From Harriotta raleighana (Eukaryota), in the NCBI GenBank assembly GCA_050575255.1, contig JBNZDD010013398.1, forward strand, positions 287,360-351,359: 64,000 nucleotides of DNA, written 5' to 3'. Each line of letters opens with the position of its first letter. The first letter of the stretch is position 1. Both the position numbers and the translations under genes were made by a program. The notes beneath the pieces are model-generated. The model saw nothing but the letters and a program-made list of their open reading frames with translations. It was not told where the DNA came from and did no database searches. Positions 52,163 through 64,000 of the stretch are shown piece after piece.

Positions 52163-54273
52163 GTGAGACCTGAGCGCACTTGTGATTTTGTTTACTTAGA
52201 AGGTTTTTTATTTTAATTATTCCTTTCCATGCAGTTTACATGTTAAACGTATCTCTGCAAGTCTTCCTGATTGCATTACCATGAGCAGAACTTTTTGACT
52301 TGCCTTTGGGTGCATTCATAACCTCTGCTTTATACATTATGCATACCTAATGTTAATCGCTAAGATGATGTTTAATTAATCCTTGGAGTACCAGTTTTCA
52401 TTTGAATTGATAAGACATCTGGGTTTGCTTCCACCATCTAACATTTTAATTATATTCAGTGAAATACTCTAGTATTAAGAATAACAGAGGTGTGACGGGG
52501 GAAATAGGGTAAATTGAAGAATTGCATTATGAAAAATATTTCTGCAATCGATGTTATTTTGAATATGTACAGTATGTAGTCTTCCTAGAGTGCTTAGTTC
52601 CATTTGATGATTTGGACCATCTATTTTTAGATGGGCCAATTCCTCCCATGATATTTTAACATAAGAAATCCTATTGTCCTAATGAGTCGCCTCCTTGCAA
52701 ATAGTGAATCGACGTAAGGCAGTGCGTTGGGCTGCAGTATTTCGCGTTGAGTAACAGAAGTGCGAGGTGAGGAATAGAAACAGCGCGCCGAATGGTGGCA
52801 GAGATAGGGAATTTTACAACGAATTAAATAAAAACTGTGCCTCCAATAAGTCTTATACGTTAACAATGTGAGGCACAGCGCAATCTTTGTTCGCTTGTAC
52901 AATGAATATGATGAAGGTGAAGACTTTTTTTTAAAAAATGAAAAGGCGTTGTGTCCTTCCTTGGTCCCTTCAAAACATTTCGGAAACGAGGCAGATATTC
53001 ATTTGCACATGCTTCAACATGATCACATAATTCTCACTGAGAAATTAAATGGGTATTTAGTTTTGTACTAAATCATTGACGATGATAATTCTACTGACTC
53101 GAAGTATTTAAACGACGTGAATACAGCATTCATCATGTGGAATTAGTGTGTGTCAACTGCGCTGAAAGATTCTATATAATTAAGCAAATATCTTCTCGTA
53201 TATATCGACGCTATTTAATAAATTGCGACATACGTCAGCTCCAAGATAGAGTTTTCTGATGCATTAATGATTAAAATAATTGGTAATTTGAGTATTAAAT
53301 GTGAAACTATTTTTCAATGGAAACAGTAACAACGCAAAACAACACAATGTATCATATCGGTAAAACAAGCACCTGAACTTTCCAAGCCTACTTGATACCA
53401 GATAAAATTTTATAAAGTTACATAAATACTAGATAATAATAATAATAATGTACACGAGCTAAATATTATTCACTGTGGCTTGTCTAAGGTGTCACGCAGG
53501 CCCCGAAATTCTATAATACGGATTTGGGCCGAATAGCTTGTCAATAAACTTTGCACCTGATAAAGGTGTCAACCATGAGGGGGTGGAATGGAAATTGATC
53601 TCAAAACGGATTGCATAGTTTGAGATCATTTTGATAGAAAAATGCAAAACAACTGAAGAGAAGTCCAGGGTTTTCATGATATACCGTAAAACAACAACAT
53701 ATAACAACAAATTTATATTGATATGGCGTGTTTCACGGCTGGAAATCTGTCAATGTGCAGGGGCAAGGCGCCCCAATAGATTCCAGGCAGATAGATCTAT
53801 TGGAATGTATATTGACATACACCTCAGAACATGATTCAATGTTCAGTGAAAAGATATCTAATTTGCGCAACAACAGAATGTTTATTTAGCACTTGTTATG
53901 TACCCGTGATATTCTGAATCTACATAAATCAACCCAACATTTTAGAATCTCGGGCGGTGTCTGTTGTTTACAGACAAAGGACGAAGACTATGTTGTGTTG
54001 CAATATTTCGGTGATTAAGATAAATTTGTGCATTGAAGTGATGCGATTCCGTCGGAAAAGGCGCTTCTCGGCATTCAATCTATTTTGGAAATGAAAGTAA
54101 TAATAAAAGAACGTATGCCTCTAGATGTAATATTACGCCTTGGTGATGATTATATTACAGCACAAACTTGTACTGTTGGTTTTTCAAGGCTAATTTGTTT
54201 AAGAGAGTGCTGGATATTACAATGCCACATACTATATGTTTAATGTTCGTATTGTGAACGGGTCCCAGCTGGT

Positions 54274-54440
54274 GGGAATATTTGCTATTCAATTTCTGAC
54301 GAATTAGATCTCACTAGCCTGGCTTAAAATATTGCAAACTATTTCGGGTTGGATTCGTATATAGTTTTCTGCTCGTAGCTGTCTAACTATATCTGAGTCT
54401 GGGTGGGAATAATTTAGTGCAATATTAAAAAAAATTGGAA
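54274..54440 (+). pseudogene. Highly decayed protocadherin variable-exon relic (EC1 N-terminus)
   Basis: 54274-54354 translates GNICYSISDELDLTSLA*NIANYFGLD, aligning without gaps to the [27 protein letters not shown] pattern of neighbouring genes; after a frameshift it continues FSARSCLTISESGWE*FSAIL. Confidence 0.75.
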
Positions 54441-55214
54441 ATTCTAATAATTTGGAACAACTTCACCGACAGAACATGGCACGCCGAATCAACCTGCCAC
54501 TGACTTTACAATACACATGTCACTAAACTGATTTAACTTGATCACGGACTCAGCTCACATTAACCGTGAAACAATTTTGAGCTTTTGTACCAACAAAAAT
54601 ACAGAAGCCAATCAACAAATATTTATCTGTCTTCCTATTAATCATCCCAATCCATTCTTAACCTTCTGGTGTATCCTTTGGGTGAAGATGTGTCTTCCTA
54701 TCGCATTACTTCATTTCGCCATAATATTAACGTTATGTCCTGTAATTTGGGATCCTTCCGTTGAAGTGAAGGGTCGTCAATAGTTGGTTTATTTGAAGAA
54801 AAAACTTCAATACGACTATCCTATGATGATCAACTATTCTAGGCAGTGCATGGGGAGGAGTTGGGGTGGGGTGGAGATAACCGATAGTAGAGAAGGGGGG
54901 CAATGTACTTTGGGCCTCTAGCAATGAAAGGGAGGTCTGTGGCGTATGTATCTGTGTCCATTATTCTATTCTATTGCATTTTATTCAACTCTAGGGAACT
55001 TATTCCATCAGTAACTGACATTTATTCATAGCAGGTATTAACACGATGGGGTGGGGGGAATCTGCCACCCTTGCCAAGCCAGTGAGCAACTTCTAAGTTT
55101 GGGGAGTTCAAAACCGGAAGCAGTGCTACAAGTGAAACTCCACATGACTTTAAATTCACAACTTAGGTTTTGTATTCCTGACTATATACATCCCGAAAAT
55201 GACTTCCTAGTCAT

Positions 55215-55261
55215 TTAGGTTATTTATCCAAGATGCGCCACATCTTGGATAAATAACCTAA
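55215..55261. repeat. Perfect inverted repeat, 21-bp arms, 5-nt loop
   Basis: TTAGGTTATTTATCCAAGATG-CGCCA-CATCTTGGATAAATAACCTAA. Confidence 0.95.
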
Positions 55262-55374
55262 GGAAATTAGTAGCAGCCAGATGAATTCAGTAAAATGAAA
55301 TTGCACAACACTAAATGCAAACAGTAATATGCCATTCAGCAGCGGCAGTATTGCTTTAAGAGCGGTTGATTTGA

Positions 55375-55410
55375 TTATTGGTCAGTCACTTTGTGTCACT
55401 GACGACCAAT
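55375..55410 (+). promoter_or_regulatory. Variant CSE (CACT instead of CGCT) of V5
   Basis: TTATTGGTCAGTCACTTTGTGTCACTGACGACCAAT, about 300 bp upstream of ATG 55708. Confidence 0.75.
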
Positions 55411-55707
55411 CAGGTGAAGCAATGTATCCCGCGATCCCTTACCACTCCCCCTGCCCAAAGCCAACCTCTGCGCAGAATCAGTGCTCATTATTATTCCAGG
55501 TTTTCCATTCAACTCTGAGGATGGGCCTCAAATATTCTAAGGAGAATTGTACAATTACTTCGGGCCACTATGACCAACACAGCCCGGGATTACACACGGG
55601 AGGGGTCTCTTCTGGAAGCGGGAGGTAATGAACCACAATATTATTTGATACCCGAGTAATTATCGCGCCCTTCTATCGGCGCTTCTCGTGAGGACTTTCT
55701 TGCAGCA

Positions 55708-58182
55708 ATGGCTGGTTGGATGGATCACGGAGTGTCACGCTGGCAAGCCCTGTATTTTATATTGATCTACGTTTCGGATTGTGTTTGCGGAGACATCCGT
55801 TACTCGATTCCCGAAGAGTTGGAGCATGGGGCCTTTGTGGGAAATGTCGCCAAAGATTTGGGATTGAACGTGAAACGCCTGGCCGCCCGCAAGTTCCGGA
55901 TTGTGGCCGATCACGGGAAACAATACCTGGATGTGGATGGACAAGGGGGGACATTGTTCGTCGATTCGAGAATCGACAGGGAGCGGCTGTGTGAACAAAG
56001 CCTGACTAACTGCGTGTTGGAGATGGAGGCTGTGGTTGAAAATCCCCTCCATCTGTACCGTGTTGTGGTTGAGATTGTGGACGTGAACGACAACTCGCCG
56101 GCGTTTCAGGGCAGCGAGTTTCGCTTAGAAATCTCGGAGACGGCTGTCCCGGGAGCTCGCTTTCGGCTCCAGAAAGCGCACGACCCCGACTCGGGTACCA
56201 ACAGCGTTCGCTCCTATCAACTGAGCGACAATGAGCACTTCTATTTGGAACTACAGACTGAGAATGATCAGGAAATCAGCCCGGAGTTAATCCTTCAACG
56301 CCCGTTGGACCGAGAGGAACAGCGGACTCATCAATTTACGCTGACGGCAGTTGATGGCGGGATCCCAGAAAGATCCGGGAGCACCCGCATCGTTATTAGC
56401 GTCTTTGATGTCAACGATAACGCGCCCGTTTTCGATCAGGACATCTATCAGGTCACCACCACCGAAAACGTGCCCAAAGGCTATTTGATCGTGAAAGTGA
56501 ATGCGATAGACTTGGACGAAGGCCCGAACGGTCAGGTAATCTATTCCTTTGGCGACTACACGCCCGACAGAGTGCGTAAACTGTTTCACTTGGACTCTCA
56601 AACCGGGGAGATCACGGTTACTGGCGCGTTAGACTTTGAACAAGGCGAGGAGTATGATATTTCAGTACAAGCTAAAGACATGGGTCTATCTCCGGAGCCA
56701 GTGTACAGTGAAGTTCTAGTAAAGGTCACTGATATTAATGATAACAGCCCAGAAATATCACTAACCTCGCTTGCAGGTCCTATCCAAGAGGATGCGCCTG
56801 TGGGAACGCTGGTGGCTCTTTTTAAAGCAACGGACAGGGATTCTGAAGAGAGAGGGAATGTTTATTGTCACATAAGCCCCAGCATCCCCTTTAAGCTGGA
56901 AAGCTCATTTAATAACTATTACACAGTGGTGCTGAATGGTCCGCTTGATCGGGAGCAAGTGGCTGATTACAATGTGACCATGACATGCAGGGATGGCGGA
57001 TCCCCTCCCCTCTCGGCCAACCAAACCATCGCGGTTCAGGTCTCGGATACAAATGATAACGCGCCACGCTTTACGCAGCCAGAGTTCACCATGTACGTGA
57101 TGGAGAATAACGTCGTGGATACGTCCATTGGGTCGGTCTCCGCTTCCGACCCAGATTTCAGCGAGAACGGCAGGCTGCAGTACTATATTCTGGACAGCAC
57201 CATCCAGGGAATGCCTGCCTCCACCCTCGTCCTTCTCCACCCGGACAGTGGAGTCCTGTCAGCGCAACGCTCCTTCGACTACGAGCGCCTCAAGACTTTT
57301 CCTGTCAACGTGGGAGTCAGCGATGTCGGGTCCCCCCCTCTCAGTAGTAACGCCACTGTGAATGTGATCATCGTGGATCGTAATGACAATATCCCTGCCA
57401 TCGTATCACCTCCTTCGAGTCCCCAATTCCCAGCAGAGGAGACGATACCTTGGTCCACTGATCCCGGTTATCTAGTTACCAAGGTTACCGCCACAGACGC
57501 CGATTCCGGGGAAAACGCCCAACTCACCTACCTGCTTCTTCATCCGACCGACACAAGCCTCTTCACTGTGGCTCCACAGACGGGAGAAATCTGGACCATC
57601 CGGAACTTGGCCAATAAAGACTCTCCCCAACAGAAACTTGTGGTCCTGGTAAGGGACAACGGAAAGCCACCCTTATCATGTACAGTTACCATCAACGTGG
57701 CGGTGCTGAATGGCGGAACCGAACATCAATCTGATGCCACCGCGTTGGGAAAACAGGGACTTTGGAACACTAATTTAAGATTTTATTTAATCATATCGTT
57801 TGGCACAATCTCGCTTATTTTTCTGGTGGTTATAATTATCCTCGGCGTTAAGGTGTTCAGGGGTAGGAGTGGCCATGGCGATTGCTCCAGTTGTTCTTTC
57901 GGCGCCTTACTCTGCTGCGGGCAGAGAAATTCGCTGCACGGAATTCAAAAGGCTAGTGCAAATGTTCAAAGGCAGCCAAATTACCCAGAGGTGTACGAGA
58001 GCGAGGTTTGCACTCAAACATTGCGCTACGGTGTGTGTCCAACCTTAGATTTGCCCATGAATGATTTAATGTTTTTGAAATTGTATGGGTCAGCTGCCCC
58101 CACGATTAATGTCAAGACGGGAACTTGTATGGCGGGTGACGCTGGGAAGGCATCAAATTCTGCAGCCACTGATTTCCTTGAC
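55708..58182 (+). CDS. Clustered protocadherin variable exon V5 (825 codons)
   Basis: ORF 55708-58200 with a good Kozak context (GCAATGG), six EC repeats and TM; probable phase-0 donor GAC|GTGAGA at 58182/58183; in-frame stop at 58198-58200 if unspliced. Confidence 0.93.
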
Positions 58183-59234
58183 GTGAGACCAGAGTTATAA
58201 GAATCAGTGCAGTGTTTCCCTGAATGCATATACACTACAACAGATTAAACTGCCGATCAATCTGACTATTTGACTACATTACTCAAACGGAAGTATGCAA
58301 TTTGATAGTCATAAAAAATCATTGCGTATTTAGGAATCTCATGATTAGATTATGAATAGAAATGCCAATTTCTTGGTTATATCAATTCTTTATAAATTTA
58401 AACGTAATTGAATCAATGATTTATCTTCCGTATTTATAAAATTCAGCAACAAACTGCTGTAAATATAAATTCTATCCAGTGATCAGACGGTGCTAACCCC
58501 AAAACGGTAACCTACAAAGATGTTCAAAATCCAGTCTGTATTGTTAAAATATAAAATCCTTCAGTGAAAATATTAACAAAAACTGTTCATTTAATAGAAC
58601 TCCCACACCAACCCCCCACCCATTTGTTAACATCCAATATTGGATGTTTTCAAAACCTTTAGCGAACCTGTCTATTGTAACAACCTGGTGAGCACTACGT
58701 AATTATCTGTCGAGGGGAGGTTTGATTAAATGAATAGCTTTAATCCCAGAACCACTTAGTATTAAATATTAATTGATTTTGTCTCCGGTTGTTCCAATAT
58801 CCACAAGCACGCAAACACTCTCGGAACATATACAGCATTGGGCATCATTTTCCTTATTTAACCATCATCACTGTGGTTGCATTTAAAAGGAAATTCATTT
58901 AAAACTTAAAGTTGACAGCCTCGGGAGTAACATATCAGTAGTGAACACAATTCACTGCAGTTACGAAACTTAGTGATAAAACAATAAACAGAAATAACTG
59001 GAATTGAGTATGTAATTATTTTTATTTACAGGTGGCAAGTAGTTTTCGGGAAGGAATTGTTCGCATGTGTATTACAGCCAAAGTCATGCTTTCAGAAATA
59101 TGGGTGCTTATTTTTTCAGTCTGTCATGGTTATTTATCCCTCATATTATTTTTCCTAGTCTGTTTCGTAAAGTTCATTTGTTACAAGAGCTCAAATGTCC
59201 ACTACATTCCATCAGTCAAAATTGAGTAGGTTCC

Positions 59235-59390
59235 AAGACTGATGTGGATAGATTTTTCTTAAATCAGGTTATCAACAGATGGAGCAAAGATGGATAAATT
59301 GAGTTGAAATACACATCAGCCACGATCCAATCGAATGGTGGAACAGGCTTGAGGGGCGAATCGCCCATTGCTCTTCCTAAATTCCTAATC
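59235..59390 (+). mobile_element. CR1-like LINE 3' end fragment
   Basis: TTCCAAGACTGATGTGGATAGATTTTT...ATCAGCCACGATC...GAATGGTGGAACAGGCTTGAGGGGCGAA; reverse-complement similarity to 29370-29450. Confidence 0.6.
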
Positions 59391-59751
59391 TGATTGAAGA
59401 GATACACACACAGACACACACATGTATATATACACACACTATATATCAATTGTAGTAAAGATATTGCTTTGATATTCCAACCAGAGTGATACATGTATTG
59501 TTTACATCTAGGTGCACTGCGAAGCAACAAATTTGTTTCTGTATAGGAATTTGAGTTTGCGGACAACCTCTGTGAATAAATTACACTAAAATATTCCACC
59601 CCACCTACCCCCTCTGCCCCTATTGAAAAATCATTCATTTTACGTTCCTTTACGGCAATGAACTAAAAAAAAGTATCAGTTCCAGGGAAACCAACCACAT
59701 CACCAATTGATCTCAATCTGATCAATGTGGCATTAAGAAACGAAGCGTGTG

Positions 59752-59789
59752 GTTACTGGGCTCGGCTGGTTGTTTCCCTGTGCACCAAT
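59752..59789 (+). promoter_or_regulatory. Degenerate CSE (CCCT instead of CGCT) of V6
   Basis: GTTACTGGGCTCGGCTGGTTGTTTCCCTGTGCACCAAT; same spacing as the V1-V3 elements, about 305 bp upstream of ATG 60094. Confidence 0.6.
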
Positions 59790-60093
59790 GAGCTGTGAGC
59801 CGAGATCCATCCCGTCTCTAGCCAGAATAAAGTCAAAAACACATTGTGACCAGAGGGCATTCTTTCACGTATTTTACGCATGGAGGACGGATTGACTTAT
59901 ATGTTCCCGAAGACAGAGTCAGCGATTCGAACAAGGTGTCTGTCATATGTTTTTATGTATGTAAGGTTCGTTTTATTCACTGAAATTTGATTTGCGTCCA
60001 GTTGGCTATAAGACTTAACAATTATCCAGTTGCCAATTATCCAGCTGGCCTCGGTAAAAATATTTACCTACCTCATTTTTTGATCTGTTCGCG

Positions 60094-62575
60094 ATGGAAA
60101 CTCCACAGGGGGAACGATTTTGGATGGTAAAGTGGCAAGTGTTCCCTGTATTCTTTTCGTGTGTGAGGATTCTGGTGTGCGGGCAGTTTAGATATTCGAT
60201 TCCTGAAGAGTTGGGTGAGGGTGCCTTTGTTGCAAATATCTCTGCGGATTTGGGACTCGACTCGGCCAAACTGTCCAGCCTCTGAGATTGCATACGGCGT
60301 CCCGATCGAGAAAGCAATATTTCAACGTTGACACGGAAACCGGGATATTATCTGTACGTGAACGAATAGACAGAGAGGAGCTGTGTGGACCCATGCACAG
60401 CTGTGTTGTGCGTCTTGACGCTGTCGTTCAAAACCCTCTAGAACTGTATCACTTGGCAGTGGAGATCCTGGACGTGAATGACAATCCGCCCACATTCACG
60501 AACAGCCAGATCCGATTGAACATTCTCGAATCGGCTTTACCGGGCACTCGTTTCCCGCTGGACGGCGCGCACGATCCGGATGTGAGTCCGAATTCGGTGC
60601 ACACCTACCAGCTCAGCAAACACAAACACTTCGCTCTGGGTGTACAGGCTCTAACTGGTGGGAATATCTTTCCAGAATTAGTGCTGGAGAAACCTCTGGA
60701 TCGAGAGAGGGTTCGCGTCCATCAGTTGCTGCTGACGGCCATCGACGGTGGGACTCCAACAGTGAGATCCGGGACAGTCCAAATTATTATCATCGTCCTG
60801 GACGTCAACGACAACGTGCCGGTGTTTGATCATTCGCTATACAAAGTCAGTCTGAGAGAAAACGTCCCACTGGGTACAATGGTAACTAAGTTAAATGCCA
60901 CTGATTTGGATGAAGGTTTAAACGGTGAAGTGGTTTATTCCTATTCGAGCCGAACGGCGGATCAAGTCCGCGAGGCTTTCAACCTGGATTCCCAAACCGG
61001 GGAGATCAGAGTGAAAGCCAATGTGGATTTTGAAGATGCCCAATTTTACGAGATGTACGTGCAAGTGATGGATGTGCCAGGCGCTGGTCCATCCCAATGT
61101 AAAGTTCTGGTGACCATCACTGATGTGAACGACAACGTCCCCGAAGTGATATTGACCTCGGTGACCGCAGTGGTCCCAGAAAATGCACTTCCTGGCGCTG
61201 TGGTCGGTCTGATCAGTGTCACCGACCGTGATTCGGGGCACAATGGCCAGGTGTCCTGCCGGATCGCTAATAACCTCCCTTTCAAACTGTTCTCCACTGT
61301 AAACGGCTTTTACAAGTTGATGACCGATAGCCCCTTAGATCGTGAGCTGGTGTCTGAATGCAACATCACAATCATAGCGTGGGACAGGGGCTCCCCTTCT
61401 CTCTCCGTCAATACAAACATCCTCGTCGAGGTTTCCGACGTCAACGACAACACCCCACAGTTCGAAACGTCACCGTACACCGTACACTTGATGGAGAACA
61501 ACGCGATGTGGGCTGTGGTCCACTCGGTGAGAGCCGTTGATGCCGATTCCAATCAGAATGCTCGATTGACCTATTCCATCCTGGAGAAAGATAACTCGAA
61601 CGACATCTCCATCTTCAAGTTCGTTTCCATCAATTCGGCCACTGGTGACCTTTACGCGCGACATTCGTTTGACTACGAACATGTTGAAAGTCTTCAGTTC
61701 CGCGTTCACGTCCAGGACGGTGGGTCGCCAGCCCTCGGCAGCAACGTGTCCGTGGATCTGATTATCCTGGATCAAAATGACAATTCCCCAGTGATCGTAT
61801 CGCCGAAGCCGAATTCAGGGTCCATCTTTGTGGAAGAAACAATTCCAAGGTCGGCTGAGCCTGGTTACATGGTGGCGAAGATGACTGCGTTCGACTTCGA
61901 TTCCCACGAAAACGCGCGGCTCACCTACCGCCTGCTCCGGAGAACGGACGCGACTCTATTTACCGTGTCCGCCGAAACCGGTGAAATCTGGACAATTCGG
62001 CGTTTCCACGCCAAAGATGCATCCAAACTGAAACTAGGCATTCTGGTGACTGATCACGGCCAACCTCCCCTCTCGACCACACTGACAATCACTGTCACGG
62101 TGTTGGACAGTGTCAAGGACACCCTATTAGGCGGTAGCGGCTCGATTATACTTCTCGATTTTTCCAGTGATACATTTTTGTATTTAATTATATCCCTGGG
62201 ATCAATTTCCCTTGTTCTCCTACTGGCTATCAGCGTCCTTGTTGTCACTGTGTGGCGCAACTGTTGCTGTGGCTCGTCTGCTCCATGCTGTGGTCCCAAA
62301 TTGACATATTCAATACCCACAACTCAAGCCATAATACTCCCCCATTCGTCCTCCAATACTAATGCATCATCGAATCAGCTCGATTACTCTATGGCCAGTC
62401 CAAAATCTTATGACAAATATTCGGTGTCGGATTTATCCAACAGTGATTTTCTCTTCCTCAATAAGCACAATCTTTTAGTGCCGTGGTCAATGTCGTGAAC
62501 AGAAAATCCGAAGCCCCAGAAAGTGTTCAGAATTCCAGGACTGAAAATACTTTGCCAGCAAGGGAAATTAATCAG
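60094..62575 (+). pseudogene. Protocadherin variable exon V6 with two frameshifts (probable pseudogene, or assembly error)
   Basis: ORF 60094-60285 (signal peptide + EC1 start) and ORF 60288-62498 are joined by removing a duplicated CT at about 60280-60283. The donor CAG|GTGAGG at 62575 is phase 0 only in a third frame open from 62465. Confidence 0.75.
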
Positions 62576-62616
62576 GTGAGGTGAACTGGAGTAAGCTATA
62601 AATTTCGCTATTTGTG

Positions 62617-63092
62617 GTGCAAATAAATATCATCGGCTTATAGTTCTTCAAATGGCGACTTCCTCAAAACATCCTTATGTGAACTACAATTTCCTGATTT
62701 TACGATGACAGGTATCCACGTCAGAAGGNAGTGCAAATAAATATCATCGGCTTATAGTTCTTCAAATGGCGACTTCCTCAAAACATCCTTACGTGAACTA
62801 CAATTTCCTGATTTTACGATGACAGGTATCCACGTCAGAAGGATATCATTTGTCTAATTATTTAATCGAATTCGTAATTTATTCATATTTGTTACACTTA
62901 AAAGACACAGCAAGACTTGTGTCCCATGGACCAACACTTGCTGTCTTTTTTGGAGAGGGGAAGATGCCTGTTTTGANTTTAATCGAATTCGTAATTTATT
63001 CATATTTGTTACACTTAAAGACACAGCAAGACTTGTGTCCCGTGGACCAACACTTGCTGTCTTTTTTGGAGAGGGGAAGATGCCTGTTTTGA
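62617..63092. other. Two near-identical tandem duplications each joined by a single N (likely unmerged allelic contig overlaps)
   Basis: 62617-62728 vs 62731-62842 (N at 62729, one SNP) and 62861-62976 vs 62978-63092 (N at 62977, one SNP and one indel). Confidence 0.85.
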
Positions 63093-64000
63093 GTTACATG
63101 ATGGGATATAATGGAGAAACAAATAGTTTCTTGAGTTCTTGGAACGATTTTTGTTCAGTCTGGTTGGATTTATGTGATTCAACATAAATGTTTGTATTTG
63201 AATGTTTGGTGTTGTAGAGTCGTGATACATTCGTTGGCATACCTAGAATACAATAGCTGAAATGTGATGATTAAACGAAGACGGTCTCCAACATTTCTGC
63301 AATCGATAATCGACAATATCGATTGCTACTATCAGCTGAATCACGCTGTTTGTTTCGATTTAACCCAACATTACCTCCCAGCAATCACTATCACTTCCCA
63401 GCGTCCTAACCCTGTTTTGTTTTGTATGGAAGTCGTGTAATATGCATAGTTTGACATTTTGATAGCCTTGAATATTAAAGTAAGTGCGTGATTCGCACTG
63501 CAGTATCCAGGCTTTGGCTTGGAATTGTAGGTGAATTCGTAATTTCATATGATTATCATTCGGATGCACGAAATGTATATGTAAATGCGCTAACGCATGG
63601 CATTGTGCTTCTATGTATACCGAATGGGCTTGATATTAAACAGCTGATGTTTGCAGAACATTCATTGGAAAATTGACCTTTCACCTCACCAACAGACAGT
63701 AGCGTTTAACTCGAAACTTGTATAATGAACCGCAAAACTATGATCGAAATCCTCTCGAACTGAATGCTTTGAAATACTTCATCTGGAGGAGTATGCTTAC
63801 ATATTTTGTGGGGGAGTAATTATTTGAATGGCTGCGTGAAGTGATTCTCACTGAAATGATATTGCTTCGAAATTGGTATCAACTTCTCTGCGTAATCGTG
63901 AGCCAATTATCTTTCAGGGATGTCCGCACAATTTAAAACCAATATGAAACTTGTGGTGCAAGTTTTTTTTCTAGAACGACCCATCCTAATCCTGCAAACT

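Noticed and set aside
52781-52801. Possible reverse CTCF site (CCACCATTCGGCGCG on the minus strand)
   Set aside because: Three consecutive mismatches in the central AGRK positions and no correctly spaced upstream module; not supportable without a PWM scan.
59032-59229. Phase-0 acceptor TTTACAG followed by a 65-codon ORF, a possible constant exon for V4/V5
   Set aside because: No DWR motif, no donor at 59 bp, and no similarity to constant domains.
62617-63092. Tandem repeats of about 112 and 116 bp
   Set aside because: Each pair is joined by a single N and differs by 1-2 variants, typical of unmerged heterozygous contig ends rather than a biological array.
1-64000. Prokaryotic-type features (CRISPR array, operons, defence systems)
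   Set aside because: No repeat-spacer array or bacterial gene content; the sequence is a spliced vertebrate locus.

Overview
Vertebrate genomic DNA (eukaryotic, intron-containing) from a clustered protocadherin (Pcdh) locus, all genes on the + strand. The repeat content (L2, CR1, tRNA-derived SINEs with (ATT)n tails, a Penelope-type palindrome) and the non-alpha/non-gamma constant region suggest a cartilaginous fish; this is inference. The window spans a boundary between two subclusters. Left: three intact variable exons (2176-4620, 6065-8515, 12564-15008), each with a CGCT-type promoter element and a phase-0 GTGAGT donor. They can splice to three constant exons I reconstructed (15417-15475, 59 bp; 15906-15991, 86 bp; 39139-39416), encoding a 140-aa tail that mixes alpha-like and gamma-like segments. 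Right: the start of the next subcluster, with a variable exon lacking the promoter element but preceded by a gapped REST site (49592-52162), a decayed exon relic (~54.3 kb), an intact exon (55708-58182) and a doubly frameshifted exon (60094-62575). Their constant exons are not in the window. Assembly artefacts: a 120-N gap inside poly-C and two single-N-joined duplications. All family comparisons are from memory and by eye, not database searches.
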